Numbered from the whole stretch's first letter, positions 12,310 through 26,194 are shown. The stretch is 62,024 nucleotides of DNA, filler included, from Rhabdomonas costata (GCA_019059605.1; 21 parts of 21 records of this genome joined end to end with filler, not necessarily neighbours in it); one strand, 5' to 3'. The notes: generated from the sequence alone by a model not told the origin. Program-made: numbers and translations.

Positions 12310-14295
12310 CCGTAGATGAACGACAACTCCACGGCCCTGCCCAGATCGTGAATGCGGTGAACGAGAGGCCTCTTCGCCCACCCGAGCTTCTGTGTGTGCA
12401 CAAATGCAACGATAAGTATCAGCCTATTTCATCCTACAAGATAACAAAAGACCTCCTCTGAGCAGACCACACCTCCGAACCGAGCCTCTGCCCTTCATTG
12501 AAATTTTTACTTTTAAAAATGCCTTTTTCGGGAAATATAATAGTTTTCATTCTTGCGTGCCCACGGCGTTGGCAACGAACGGGAGTTGCTTCTCCATCAA
12601 CGAACAAAAACCCATACCAACATTTTCCCTGTTTACTAGCACCCTATATGAGTAACCGAGGCTGGTCGCCAACGCCACGGTCTGCCTTCCCCGAGTTACT
12701 GACTTCAATGGAAGCTTCGATAAGATCAAGCACGACGAAGTGGGTGGCGGGACAACCAGAGCCATCGTTGCGAAGGCCTCCTCCCCGGTTGGGTTCGCCG
12801 CGTTGCAATGGTAGATGTAGAACATCACTACCTTGGGATGGGGGTAAATGTGAGCAAACTTCGCGGTGATGTCTGCACGAACCTTGGCCAGGGCACCGGG
12901 ACCCCACGGCCTTTGCACAGGTAGATCCGAAAGAAGCGTGGGATTCTTGCCATTCACAAAAGAACCCAACGCAAGGCTCACTAGCCTACTCCCCAGACCC
13001 CTGTTACGGGTTTACTAGGACACCACGATCACAGAAGGAAGCACACAAAGCTATTTATTGGGGGAGACCGCGCCGAAAGCAAATGTGATAGACAAATTGC
13101 CCCTTGCTCGCTATCACTTTCCTTCCGCTAAAGAAGAAGAGACAAACAGGTCAAGAACTGAAAAACGTTTTTCTTGCGTTTTTTCCCTCAGCAAGAAAAA
13201 ATTACCAAACCAAAAAATACAGACGCACCCGAGAGCCCTAAGCACGGCGAGTGGGGTGAACTGGGTGACGAGCCCACCCACGGCGCGCCACAGCAACGGA
13301 GGGGGCTTCACCACGGGGGGCCTCTCCGGAATCCCCCAGGGATCGGCCAGCACAACTCGGCGAACGCGCTCAGGGGATCTCAGCGCGTACCTGGCGGCCA
13401 GGTACGCACCCATGCTGTGTCCCACAACGGTGAGCTGGTCCAACCCAACGGCCTGTGCACAGATCCACAAGAACCCAGTCGCAACCCCAGCCTTCGAACG
13501 AACTCAACCAAGGTGAGCGTAGAGCCGTAGAGAGGTCTCGGCAAACGTTGGCGCTGCCACCTCGAGCACTCCTGCCTGCGCCGTGCTCGGTGCATGGGTA
13601 ACAGTGAGATGTCGTGCTGCGTGCCATGATGCATTCTCTTCTTTATTTGCGATATGCAGTTCTTTGTAACGGTAGCAGCTGTTCCTGGACGCGTTGTCAC
13701 GACCTGTTGAAGTTGTGCTTTCTTTCTCGCTTGGGGTGAACTTTCACCCAATCACAACCTGAAAGTGGGCTGTTAACTGCTCTGCCCTGGGGGGGGGGTG
13801 GCAGCTGCAGTGCACGCGCGTGGTCATCCACAGATGAGTCAGCTCGCTTCAATTGCGAGTTCCGTCAGGATGCTGAGCAAGCAGGGGAGGTTGGCTCTCA
13901 ATGAGAAGATAAGGAGAGTTGTGTGGCTGCATTCGTCATACGAGACCCCAAGCCCTCCCCATACGATGTTCTTTTTTATCTTCGTTATATCTTCGCGCTG
14001 GTCAAGGATCAGAAACCAAGGCTGCCTTGTTCACGCAGGTTGCGCCCGTGACGAGTCCGTCTTGTGTAGTTCCCCTTGTTTCTTTCTTGGAAAAACCAGA
14101 GCAGCGCGCTGTTCATCATGAAAGAGACCTCTCTCCAGCTCTCCAGGCGGCCCAGGAAGTATTGCTCGGCATCCTCCGGGGTCGTCCCGCGAAACGCGGG
14201 CCGCCCGGAGCGCCCAAACCCAGGCCAGTCCAGCGCATGCACCGTGTAGCTGGAGCTCAGCGCCTCGATGGTTTTCACCCAAAGTGCCAAACCCG
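12310..14295 (-). CDS. Alpha/beta hydrolase of the ABHD4/ABHD5 (Ict1/Cld1) family (partial)
   Basis: In-frame GT-AG exons 14295-14129 (VHALDWPGFGRSGRP), 13452-13229 (VGHSMGAYLAARYALRSPERVRRVVLADPWG), 12910-12757 (YIYHCNAANPTGEEAF) and 12389-12310 (GWAKRPLVHRI...SFIYG). Nucleophile Ser intact in GHSMG, as in ABHD4. Confidence 0.9.
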
Positions 14296-15509
14296 CTGTG
14301 GGAGACCGGGTGACAGGCAGAGATAGACGGCTACACGAACACACACACAGGCAAAGAAGCCAAAGTTCATGCACCCAACAGACACCCAACAGACATTTTG
14401 GACAATGGGAAGAGATGGAGGAGCAGGGGGCTCTCGTTGGATTGGCACGTGAGGAGGTACTGGTTGTGCTGTAGGGGACAAGTACACAATCGAGGGACAC
14501 ACTTTCGCTCTCCATCTTTTTGTTCCCTCCTCCGTTTTCATTTTTGAAAATAACACTGCAAGACGTCTTTGCAGCAAGTTCGCGCGAAGCCCTTCTCTCA
14601 CGTCACGGCGTCCGAAACGCACAGCGTCACCCGTCACCCGTAGAGAAGAAGAAGTTGGAGAACCCAATAGACCATGGCAAACGCATGGGAAAGCATAAGG
14701 TTGCCTAATTCAATTTCAAGAGACAACTAAACGACAAGTACAGCGTCATCGACGAATTNNNNNNNNNNNNNNNNNNNNNNNNNNNNNNNNNNNNNNNNNN
14801 NNTTAATTAATTAANNNNNNNNNNNNNNNNNNNNNNNNNNNNNNNNNNNNNNNNNNNNGGGTTTTTTGATCATGGCAGCGTTTTACGCCTAGTGCTGGGT
14901 GAACCCGTGCATGCACCACCTCTAAACCCGCGCTGGCCTTTTGCTGCAATCCAGGGGGTACGTGCATGGCATGGTGCTCAGGTGCTTGGCTCAGGCCGCG
15001 CCGCGGCGGCTGGCCTTCGCGTGAAAATACTGACAGAATCTGAAATGTGCATGATAGCGTTTTACGCCTGGTGCCGGGTACGCTTTCTAATCCACCTGTG
15101 TCAAGCTGCTCTCATTTGAGCGAAGTTTCGCCTATAAAAGGTTTCTATGAGATGGTAGAAGAAAAAGGTGACTTTATATGTGCTTGGTTAAGTTGCGAAC
15201 GCGACTCCTGAATAGCGAACGTCACATCTCTCGAATTGAAAGGGATTGGTCTGGAGAAAGAAATTTTGCTGATCCCTCATTTTTCTTCACCAAAAAATCC
15301 GTAGCTGAACTAAGCTGAACCATTGTTAACCCGAACAATTAATAAAGAAGCACCCAATACTTACTCTACTGTAATTACAAGTGCACTACTACCTTCGTCC
15401 ACTGCGTTATTCCCCACAACACACAGAACGTCGTCGTCGCAGTTACGCCTTGACCTCTCCCTCCATCGGGGGCCCCTAAGTTTCCCCCATGGGAGGGGGT
15501 CCCACATTC

Positions 15510-15714
15510 TGGCCGCCATCCCCAGTGTCAATGGAGAGCTGCCGGTCCTGGCACCCCGAGATGCACACCACCTTCCGCCCCTTCCATAGCTTCGACTTGT
15601 TCAGGTCCAGCACCGTCCCAGAGTGGCAGCAGTCCGCCACGACTGCGAGGTGGGCCGGGCGCAGCGCCAGGCAGGCTGCCATGAGGTGGGTGGCGATGGC
15701 CCGCCCCGAAAGCA
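15510..15714 (-). CDS. Metacaspase (C14) exon carrying the catalytic Cys
   Basis: After acceptor cgcag: VVADCCHSGTVLDL then VVCISGCQDRQLSID, matching the metacaspase DxCHSG and SGCxDxQxSxD motifs. The catalytic-His exon was not located. Confidence 0.8.
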
Positions 15715-16759
15715 CTGCGTGGGAGGATAGTGCGGTCAAAATTCAGCGATTACACAGGATTATAAATGGTATTTTTTTTTTGCAAATGCAAAGTACGGAA
15801 AGCCCCAAAACCCAATTAAAAGAGAACCGTATTTCGACTCTTATCAAAGTCTAACCAAAGTCAGATTCGGCCCTCAACGAGGGCCCCGTGTGTGACTTTC
15901 TGAGAGCTGGACAGCCTTGCCCGAGCAGAGTGTTATAGGCGTCCTCCCGCCTTGCGCTGCGCAGAAGGGACCACCCCATGAGGAGCCCAAGAATGGCTAG
16001 GAGGAAGGGAGAGCGAATCCACGCTGAACCCATTTCCAGCGGCGTGAGCCTATCCTCATAGAAATCCAGTCCAAGCAGAAAGCCGCCGGCAAGTTTTCGG
16101 CAACATTCCAAACGCGAATAGAAATACTAGCGTAGAAAAACTCCTGCGATACCCACTCACAGGTACACAAGCATCCAGTGGAGATACAGAATCAATTTCC
16201 ACATCTTAGAGCCTTTCACCCAACGTTTTTTTTTTTCAAATGTCAAGATCACGGCACTGCGTCACAACAGTTTTGGTTTCACAGACATACCGAGGCAATA
16301 CCAACTCGAATAGTAATTCTTCACTATGGAAGGCGAGATTTACCAACTTAATTGCATATAAACATACACAATCACAATCTCTCCACGAGGTCTCTTTTTG
16401 TATGAATGCCAAAACATCATGAAGGGCCGGATACTTCCAATTCCGTGCGATACTGTTCTAAGCCACGGCGAACACGACTGCACGTCTGGAGGAGTGTGTG
16501 CCACCAAATCGGAAACACTGCAGACAAACGCGGCGTGCCCACCTGGCCTATCATCACATACCCAAACCTTGGTTCCACCCCGGAGAAAACTTTATGAAAG
16601 CAAATGCGGCGAGGACAATGAGCACATGAAAAGTACAAATCAACTCTCCACTTCCTCTATGGATCGTCACCTCGCTGTGGCGAGGGCAACAGAAGGGAAA
16701 GGCAGGTCACCCCTAGGAAAAGATTCCCTGGGGCCATTCAAGTCAGCAGGAAGTTTCAG

Positions 16760-17690
16760 CGCCGCCGTGGGGGGTATTCATCCGTGTCTGGGGACCCCCG
16801 CCCCTTCAGCCGGGTCTGCTGCTCGCGCAGCTGCTTCTGCAGAGCCTGGGCCCGGTACCCCACCAGCCTTTTGTCAAAGGCACTGTCCTGGCCACGGCCC
16901 TCCTGCCAAAGCTTGCGCTGAGCTGCGGTGGGGCGCTGCTGCTGTGCGGCCCGACGCTTGGCCTGCTCCTGCTCAGCTTGCAGGAGGATCATCTGGAACC
17001 GCACCTCCTCCGCTTCAGAGCTAGGCTGGGGGTCATCACTCTTTGAGGTACTCTTTGAGGGGTTGAGGGGAAGTTTCGGTTTCTTCGTTTCGGCAAGCGC
17101 ATGACCCGCTGTTTTCTGTTCAAATTTCATTTAAGTGACCTGTGGTCCCGCAATCGGCTTCAGGACACTTTATCGGCAAAAATAACATCAACACCCAAAG
17201 ATGTTTGAAACGGCATTTGATGTCATCAATAAGCTCTGCCAGAGTACAGGTGCCCATTGCGACATTTTCACACCTCTTTCCTCCCTTGAACGGAAAAGAA
17301 AAAAGAATTCATCACAAAGGGGTATTTCTGACCGAAATCGAGTTAGCAGGTCTTGGGGATACCCATTGGCTAGCCTAAAAAAAACGTAACTGCGAGCACG
17401 TCCTCAGTGAACCTCCGACCATCTGCTCGATCATATGAAAATAAAAACAGTGCGTTCACTTTCATATCAATGCGTTCCAAACCACGCCAACGCCGCTGCC
17501 GAGCTACCTGGGTGGGAGCGGGAAGGGAACGGGGTTCCCGAGGGGCCCCGGCGGGCAGCGCAGGGTGCTCCTCCCCTCCGAAGAGCTTCATGCTGATGTC
17601 ATCGATGTACTGGCGCAGGCGTCCCTCTGCCTCGGGGTTTCCCAGGTGTCCAAGGTCACATCCAGCGGGCCCTAAAGGCTGCATCACACA
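16760..17690 (-). CDS. Probable exons of an unknown coiled-coil protein
   Basis: GC3-rich open frames EEVRFQMILLQAEQEQAKRRAAQQQ...QALQKQLREQQ (~17020-16760) and EAEGRLRQYIDDISMKLFGG (~17690-17510). No family recognised. Confidence 0.35.
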
Positions 17691-18799
17691 CGAACAGTTC
17701 CACCACACCCCACCNNNNNNNNNNNNNNNNNNNNNNNNNNNNNNNNNNNNNNNNNNNNTTAATTAATTAANNNNNNNNNNNNNNNNNNNNNNNNNNNNNN
17801 NNNNNNNNNNNNNNTTGTTTTGGGACACATTCTCTACGATTCAGAACCCGTTCCGTGTGCCAGTTTCCCAGGAATGCTGGAAAAGCAGCAAAGGTTGCCC
17901 ACGAAAGCTACCTGAGCTACCTGAGAGTCCGGGAACTTGGGAGCGTCCGTCGCAAGCCACTCTGATGGTCAAGGCAATCACGTTCCTTTTCTTAACATTC
18001 CGAGACATCAGAGAGATGGGGAGTAAAGCGTAGCTGGGGGAAAAGGACCGACGATAGGAGTCGACAACCTGAGGCGACGCCGTGTCCTCGCCGTCCCCCA
18101 CTGGCCCCGTGAACGCCGTGCTCTCTGCGGTGACGATCGGAATGAGCAGTGGGTTATGCTTCTCCACCTGTTGGAGGGGAAGGAGGGTGGGGGGACACAG
18201 CGGCAGACTCAACCCAACCCCTTACGTGCTCACATGCCACGAACAAGGGTGAGAATTCCGTTGCTCAGTTGGGGAGGCCAACGTAAAAGACAAGAAAAAT
18301 ATAAGAAAATCTGCGGTAGAAGATGTCTAGCGTTTTCTAAACCAAGCGCCTTCACAGGTAGCAATACTGTCATTCAAACCGTGGATCATGTACAGAACGG
18401 CTGGAAACTGATAGCGTTTTGCTAGACCGAATCCAGGTGATGGTACGCGGATCCTATGAAAGGGATAAACACCCCAAGGAGTGCAGGGTTTCGGGGGGTA
18501 CGCACCATCAGGCCAAGGCCGTGATAGACGATTGGGGACTTAGGAGGGGTCCGGAAAATCGGCCGGGCCTGTGAGGAAAAGAAATATACTGCAGATGGAG
18601 GAGGACGCAGCAAAACCCCCTTCATTATTCATCACAACCTGAGCACAACAGAACAATGTTTGTCATGTGCAGGTTCAGTTTCTGCTCTGGACGTCCCCTA
18701 TGGCATTAGTTTCGCCTCGCATGCGCGAGTGAGACGATGGAGCAACCACCACAAAAAAGAACAGTGGTTGAGTTGTGCGAAAAAACTCATCTGAAACCG

Positions 18800-19900
18800 T
18801 GGCTTAGCAGGCGAGAAGAACTCACAATGATTCAGGGCAAGCGATCCACAAAAAACATCCTGCGGGGATCAGCTAATCAAATGGAGGACCTATGGATGCA
18901 ACATCTCCACCTTCCCCCGCATTCCCACGAAGGAAACAGAGCGCACCTTTACAAAGTTGCTGGTGAGGATCTGGTTGTTCACGGAGTCATGGTGGAAGTT
19001 ATCCACAACATTGGCGTCCGTGAAATACACCCCACACTCGATCGCAGCCTCCCTGCCCACCGAACATCCAACGGCACACCAAACCGACCAAAAAGAGACC
19101 CCCCCAAAAATCAAAAAAAACTGATGCACGTCATTATAAACGTGCGCAACACGAGGACCGGTGCAAACGGCCCCGGTTGCTGACCATCCACACGGAACAG
19201 TAGTGAGGTCAGCAAGGTCATATTTTCATTTTCAACCAAATCAGCATCAATTCAGCACGACCCCAATATTAGCCCATAATCCTCATGAAAAAAGGGACAA
19301 TGTTACAGCACCAGAAGATGCTGCAGTGCATTTCGCTTATGCAACCGGCTGCTGGGTCCAGCTGCACTCTTTTTCCCAATCGACATCTGAGCAATCGCTT
19401 CTGTGCCATTCAACCAGACAAGGGTGGGGCGAACTGTGTCAGACTTTTTCTGCTGGTTTCCCGTCATTCAGCGGAGAAGTGGTTACTGGACCTGAGGTAA
19501 TCTGGCAGAGCTGTCTCGGGATCCTCCCCCTCTCGCAGAGGCTGGGAGACGATCATCACGTTGTTTCCCCCGTCCACAAAGCTCAGGATGTTTAGGTCCA
19601 AGTCTGAGATAACAAAGGGGGACATAACAGGCGATGCGGCTAAGGCACGACAACATCCCCCAGCAGTTTAATCGAATCCAGGCTTCAGCTTGACATACGT
19701 TGTTCGGCATCACCCCCACCCCAACCCACAACCCGCTTCGTTCAGCGACTTTTTACCCGAGGAACCATACAAGTCCCCTGACAACGTATCTATGCTAAAC
19801 GACTGCATTTGTGTGCTGCCCAAATATCCTGGACAAAGACGCAGGGGGCATGTGCATCGCAAACCTAAAACATCTCGCGCTGGTGTATCCCGACTGGAAG
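18800..19900 (+). mobile_element. Degenerate non-LTR retrotransposon RT, L1/Tx1-like
   Basis: Ordered decayed motifs across shifted frames: IQGKRSTKNI (cf. GRs..dni), HLP...RAHLY...LVVHG...IGVRE (cf. gfp..i..ly..vNG..GVRQG), FAYATG (cf. F..sGl), CLGI (cf. YLGi), LTYV, and LDKDAGGMCIANL (cf. pk..GGLgi.nl). Confidence 0.5.
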
Positions 19901-20929
19901 GGGAGAACGTGCTGGAGGGGAATAATTGAACCCGCAGCCGTTGTTTGGAACTCATCTCACGAGATCCCATCTGGGAGGGGAGAGGGGAGGCGCACCTTTT
20001 GTGGAGCCAAAGATGATCACGTTGTCGTACAGGAACTCTCCATACTTCTGGAGAACAACGTCAGTGGTCCGGTACTCAACCTGTGCAAGCGGGTTTTGCG
20101 CGATGCCTCGGCGACCAGCACAGCTGCAGCATACCCATCTTCGGACTTCGACATCGCAACAGATGCCTGTCTCCCAGTTGACGAGAAAGTTAGGTTTGAA
20201 GCTGTCTATCATGAATATCAATCCCGGCACAGCAATGAAGAGACAGCTTGGGCGATACTTGCGAAAGATTTCTCATATGGCGATAGCAAACGGTCCCGCT
20301 TTGAAGCGGTTCCAAGAACTCTCAGAATCAAAGTTGGACTTCGCGGTCGGTGAGCAAAAGACGATCTGCAATGAATTCGGGATGATGAGGGCAAAACCGA
20401 TGCAGGCCCGGATGAGTGAATGCTGCGCAGATTAGCCAACGTCAATTTCCTATGTGCCTTCCGACGGCTTCTGACTGACAACTACGACCATATTCTGGAC
20501 CATGGTCACATCCACCTCCTCACACTCGTTTTGTTTTTTAGCAGCATGACTGTGTAACTGTGTGTAACTTTTGCATCGTCTCGGAGCCAAAACTTTCAAC
20601 CTTCTGCCACGTGTGGCGCCAAGGCCCATACCTCCAAGAAGGACTCCAGGAACCCGAAGAAGGTCTTGTNNNNNNNNNNNNNNNNNNNNNNNNNNNNNNN
20701 NNNNNNNNNNNNNTTAATTAATTAANNNNNNNNNNNNNNNNNNNNNNNNNNNNNNNNNNNNNNNNNNNNGGTTGGTGTTTTTGAATCTATTTGAAGGGTG
20801 AGTTGTAGGAATTGTGTGGTTTTCATTTTGTCGCTGAGGGTGAGTGGGCTGCATCTCTTGCTATTTACTGATCTTATCTTCTTCCCTCGAAACCAAACTC
20901 GCGTGTCACGCAATGCGTTGGACCGTCAA

Positions 20930-23535
20930 GGCGAGAGCTCACGCAGTGGAGGTCTCCCACCATTGCAGCTCAGCAGAAGCAGCGTTACCAGCCATCAGGA
21001 GGGGATAGGAGGGGATGGGGGCTTGGGCTGATGCCCGCCCGCCAGACGCTCGTAAGGTGGGTCGGGTATGCATCAGGGATATGCCTATCCCGGGTGAGGT
21101 GTTTAGTTTTGCGATAAGATCGCAGGGTACGGAATACCATCGAGGCGCTCTCCATTTGGTGTTCCATTGATCCCTGCGCCTTCCTTTCCCGTCGTTCCCA
21201 GCACGGAGAAACCACACCTCGCCTCACACTCACACTTCAGGCAGGACGCGTTCAAGGTGATGCATGTTGTGGTGAGGCTGCCCGTGCTGCTGATGTTTGT
21301 GCTGTTCCCAGCCGTGGGGGTCTACAGCAGAATTTCTGAGGTATCCATGCACCATGCACATGTGCGCGCGTCGCGTTTTCTGTCGCCGTAAAGCGGCTTG
21401 CCCCCCCCCCGACACACACACACGCATTTGCTACTTACACCTGCCTACATTTTCGCGAGTCAGCAGCGGGTCGACCCGCAATATATCATGTACTTGTGTC
21501 ATTACATGTGGGTGTGCGCTTCTCGCTATCCTCTGCTTGCTCTCCTTTGTTGTGGGTGTCTTGGCCCCCCTTCTGGGCTGTCTTGGCATCTCGTAAGCCC
21601 GATTGCCCCCTGCACACTGTGTTTCTCTCAAGATGTTATGGGACTGCTTGTTCGACCGCACGCTGTGTTGGCTCAGATGATCGCAGTCTTTTCCATTGAC
21701 CTGGCCAAGTGGAACCTCTCTCAGTGGGTAGTCTTCCTGGGCTTCTTGAACAACTTTCGCTTCGTGTCGAGGCAGCCGCCGGTGATGGTTTCCCTGTGCC
21801 ACCACTTGCTGGGGTTTAAGGTGAATGCCCTTCTTGGCTCCTTCCCGACGCGTCCCCTCCACTTTTTACCTGGCGTTGGCGTGAACAATTAGATTGTGCT
21901 GCGCTGCGCTTGAGTCCCCTTTTACTTGGCTTCTTTGTTTAAATGTGGCTCCTTCCCTGCGACTGTTATTTGCCGATGCAATTCCACCCCGCCAAGGATA
22001 TCCTCAGGCATGACTCACACAGAATGAATGATCCCCTTTTGGAGGCCCTGCACGTGCGCGTGCGCCTCTTACTGCGCGGCGAGTAGCTGGTACTGTTAGC
22101 TAATGCTCTGGGTTTTGGTGTCATGCCCCTGCTGATCATTGCCAGTGTCTCGCATCAGAGGAGTTGAATTTCAAAGAACAGTCCGAAAATGCTGAGCTGG
22201 TACACACTTTTTTTAAATGAAACAAGCAATCCTGTGAGAACGTGACTCATCTTCATCCTTCTTTCGCTTTTCCAACCCCTGCGATTATTAGTGGAGACCT
22301 GTTTTCCCTCTAACCTCCAACCTATCCCCAAAACACTCCATTGGTGTCAGAGATTATCCGCTGCTTACCATAATTAACATCGCCCCCCCCCCCGAAATAT
22401 TAGTGCTGCACCGTTAGGTGAGTGACTTTTCGGCTTCGAACAATGCAGTTTGTGTCCATCACTACGATTCTTAGGGGTCATATCAAAGCATTGCAGTCGA
22501 GTATCACCCCAGAAGATTTTTGCAGTTGATACGAGCGGATTTAGGCCACTCGACGCTGTGGGCGTGTAGCAGTCGCAACGAATAGCTGCATCACACTCCG
22601 ACTGGCCTTTGTGTGTTTGTGTGGGAGAGAGAGTGATAGACCTTTATCAGTCAAGGTCTTAAGTGTTAAGTCTCGCGACTGCTCCAGACTGAGCCTCCGG
22701 TTGAGACTCCGGTCATCTTCAGGCAACGTATGTCCCAACCAGGTCCCTATGTTCCACAGGGGAAGTCCTGGTTGGGTGGGGCCAGAGTTGTCTTCAGCCT
22801 ATCGCCTGGATTCGAGCCGATTTCGTTGCCTGACAGCATCCGTACCAGTGTTTACCCTTCATACCCAGCCGGTGTGTGTGTGTGTGTGTGTGTGCTGTAC
22901 TTGAACCCATGTAGCTGGACGAGATGTTTATGGACCTCCTGGATGTTCAGCCCTACCGGGGCTTTGTGGTGGCGGTGCTGGCCAACACCTCCGGCCCAGG
23001 TGCATACATGAGCATGAGCTCTCTCCCTAGCAGCCATGTGCAAACACATACACACACACCGGTGTTTTTTTGGAGGGGAATAGGGTTTACCGAATCCAGG
23101 GTGGGTCGATGCAGTTCCTTCAATTGATCTGCCGCGGGCGGGGGGGGCCGCGTGCTCAGCTTTATACCCACGTTCGCTCCACACTTTAATTCGTTACATG
23201 GACATTGGTGCCAATTCTGTTGGAAAGTTCTCAGAGCGCGAAAAGTTTTGCGTACAAGGCCACCTTTGAATGTAAATTTAGGTGCTGGAATTTACAACAG
23301 ATCGCAGCATCATGATTTCAGCGAAAGAAAACCCTGCGTTTCTTTTTGTTGTGGAGTTGAATGCTTTCATGGGTCATTGTGCCTTCCCAGCTGAGCTTTA
23401 CGAGATTGTGAAGGCCTCCAGTGGGCTTTGGGTGAATCGAGCCGCTCAAGGGATGCCCTCTATCATGCTCGGGAGAAGTGCGTGGAATTTCGGGCAGTTC
23501 CCTTCGGCGCCCGCTGAGGACCCGCATGTCGCCCA
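20930..23535 (+). CDS. Multi-exon hypothetical membrane protein (partial)
   Basis: GT-AG-bounded coding-like segments at ~20930-21056, 21202-21340 (VVVRLPVLLMFVLFPAVGV), 21633-21820 (WNLSQWVVFLGFLNNF), ~22743-22848, 22915-22999 and 23391-23535. Some phases are unresolved. Confidence 0.45.
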
Positions 23536-23727
23536 GGTCTCTGCAGAGGTTTGCCTTCAGGGTTAGGTTTCGTCATTTCACGACACTACAGAAAAGGTGT
23601 TTACCACGATAGACTCAAACAAAACCCNNNNNNNNNNNNNNNNNNNNNNNNNNNNNNNNNNNNNNNNNNNNTTAATTAATTAANNNNNNNNNNNNNNNNN
23701 NNNNNNNNNNNNNNNNNNNNNNNNNNN

Positions 23728-26194
23728 CAGTCTGGCCTACCTCGGGGGCTTCTACATCCTGACTTTGATCTTCTTCACCCTGGGGCTGAGGTGTGCCTGC
23801 CGGCTCGACCTCCCCCCAAACCCGCGTTCTCGTTTCACTTCTGGCATGATGTGCTGTTTCTTTCGTATTGCTGGGAGCTCCAGCACCATTGTAATTTGAG
23901 GTGCCGTAAACGTTTAGCCGTAAGCCTTTTTTTGTTTTGCAAATTTTTGGAAATGGGCGGAGGCCAGTCCGCGGAGACAGAAAATTATGACCGCTTTTCA
24001 GTGCTAATCGTTTAGCCCCCCAAAAAAACACTCAAGAGGCCACCCCAAGGTCTTCTCAGGAATGTGTCGACGGACTCCTGAGCACTTCTCCACACCTTTC
24101 ACATGGTTTGAACAGGTATCGTTGTGCAACTAAGTGTCGTTGTGCAACTGCTATATCATCACACACACACACACACGCACCACTTCTTCGTGGCAGCCCT
24201 TTTCTGCCTGCACCCTGGTAATGGTATAACAGGTATGTCCGATGGCGGGAGACGCACACGGAGGAGCCAGAGACGCCCGAGTCGGTGTCCACCGCAGGGG
24301 CCGAACCTTGGTCGCTGTCCACCAGCACTGTGGTGGAGATGCGCCCCTTGGACTCCACCATGGAGAAGACCCCTCCGGTGGCGCTGTCCTTCCACTCCAT
24401 CTCGTACAAGGTCCACCGCAGCGTGTTTTTTTCTTCCAAATTTGCATCTCGACAGAATTCCATTATCCGGCAATCACATATTTTTTTTTCAGGCTTTCTC
24501 AATCTCTTTGGGGTTTAAGCGTGGGTCCTCAACTCATTCTGGACAGCGCCGGCAATAAGAACCACCCGTGCGGGCTTAAAGGAACTTCCTTCAGAGGCTT
24601 TTCAGTGTGCTTACGGGTCCCACTGAGATGCCAAATTGGCATTGGCCCGATCCCATTCCAATGTAGTTCAAAGCATAGGACCTCATCCTATCATTTTCCG
24701 ACGGCTGATAGTCCGAGTCCGGAAGAACAGGCAGTGCTGGAGCTTTGAGCATTGATTAAAGGAATAAAGGACCGTGTTTATCTCTCTGCCTTCCTCCCTC
24801 TTTTCTTACACTCTATCCTTGTAAACGACTTTGTGTGCAGCTATTTAAAAGAGAAGAAACCTTTCTGGCAAGGGAGGGTGCTGATAAAATCGTGTGTGGG
24901 CCTTCCTCACCCTCCCCATTCACCTGAGATGCAGACTCCCTGTGAACAGTTCCACACACCCACAGGTGGACCTTCCTGGAGAGCGCAAGAAGTTCAAGCT
25001 CACCCTGCTGAACAACGTCACGGGATTCGCCCGCCCTGGCACCATCACTGCGCTAATGGGCAGCTCGGGCGCGGGCAAGGTGAGTGGTAGGAAGTGGGGA
25101 GTGCGTGCTCATGAAGCCCGCCCATGAGCAACCCTTTTGTGGGGCAAGCATTATGCATTTTCACTCAGAAGGTTGCCTGTGTGTGAACACGGCTTTCCCC
25201 TCCCCCTCTGAGCTTTTCTCTTTGTATTGCTCGTAGACAACGCTGCTGGATGTCCTGGCATACCGCAAGACTGGGGGCCAGATCACCGGTAACATCATGC
25301 TCAACGGCCGCCCCGCGGACAAGCTGAGCTTCAGCCGCGTGGCAGGGTATATACAGCCGTCCTCGCAGCCTGCTTTTTGTTTCCTTCAGTCCCTTTGTCG
25401 TATACTTAGCTGCTGCTGCATCTCCTGTCTGTGTCGTTCTGGTCTGTGTTATGTCTTATTGCATGAATCAGTCCCTATTTTCTCAACGGGCTCCGGTGTT
25501 GGAACGGAATTTTGCCTTGGACAAGGTACTTTGAATACAGCAACAGCCAAGGATATTTCGTGCTTCTCTGCCTCCTGTGTCGTGGACCAAGCTCTAGAAC
25601 AGTGTTGGCTGCTAGGATATGGATATGGAGCTGCTGTACTGTCAAGCAGCTAACCTTCTTTGGTTTTCTCGACGTTTATGTTTTCGTTTTCCCTGCCTTG
25701 TTTCTTCACAGATATGTTGAGCAACAGGTCCTTTGCCCCTCCTTTTCCCTCCGTCTCGCTTCCCTACTTCTCTCTCGTCTTGTGCTCGTTCTTCAAACGA
25801 CAGAGTCTTGTCCGCAGCGCCACGACCATACCTTCTCACAAGACGTGAGTTGTATTGTGCCGAGCTTTCCTTGTGTGCAAATTGGATGTGATGTTGAGAT
25901 GTGGACTGTTTGCATGCCATTGCTCGAGCCCCAGAGCAATCTTGACGGGCGTCCTGGAGGTACACACAAGTTCTTTGGACCTGAACTTCGTCCTGAGTTT
26001 GGAAGTTCAGCTGTTGCATCAGTCATTCATTCTTTCTCCAGTGAACCGTGTTTCTCGTGCTGACTGCTTTGGACTTGCTGCGCTCTTCTTAGCCTGTGCA
26101 TGATGGGGAGTCTCCTTTCCCTTCAGGACTTGCACTCTGAGGCCACCACGGTGCTGGAGGCGCTGCGGTTTTCTGCTGCCCTTCGGCTGCCCAG
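23728..26194 (+). CDS. Full-size ABCG/PDR-type ABC transporter, end of TMD1 to NBD2 (partial)
   Basis: In-frame exons ..23790, 24233-24410, 24966-25079, 25237-25346, 25712-25727 and 26127-26194. They give [51 protein letters not shown] and [28 protein letters not shown], diagnostic of PDR NBD2. Confidence 0.95.
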
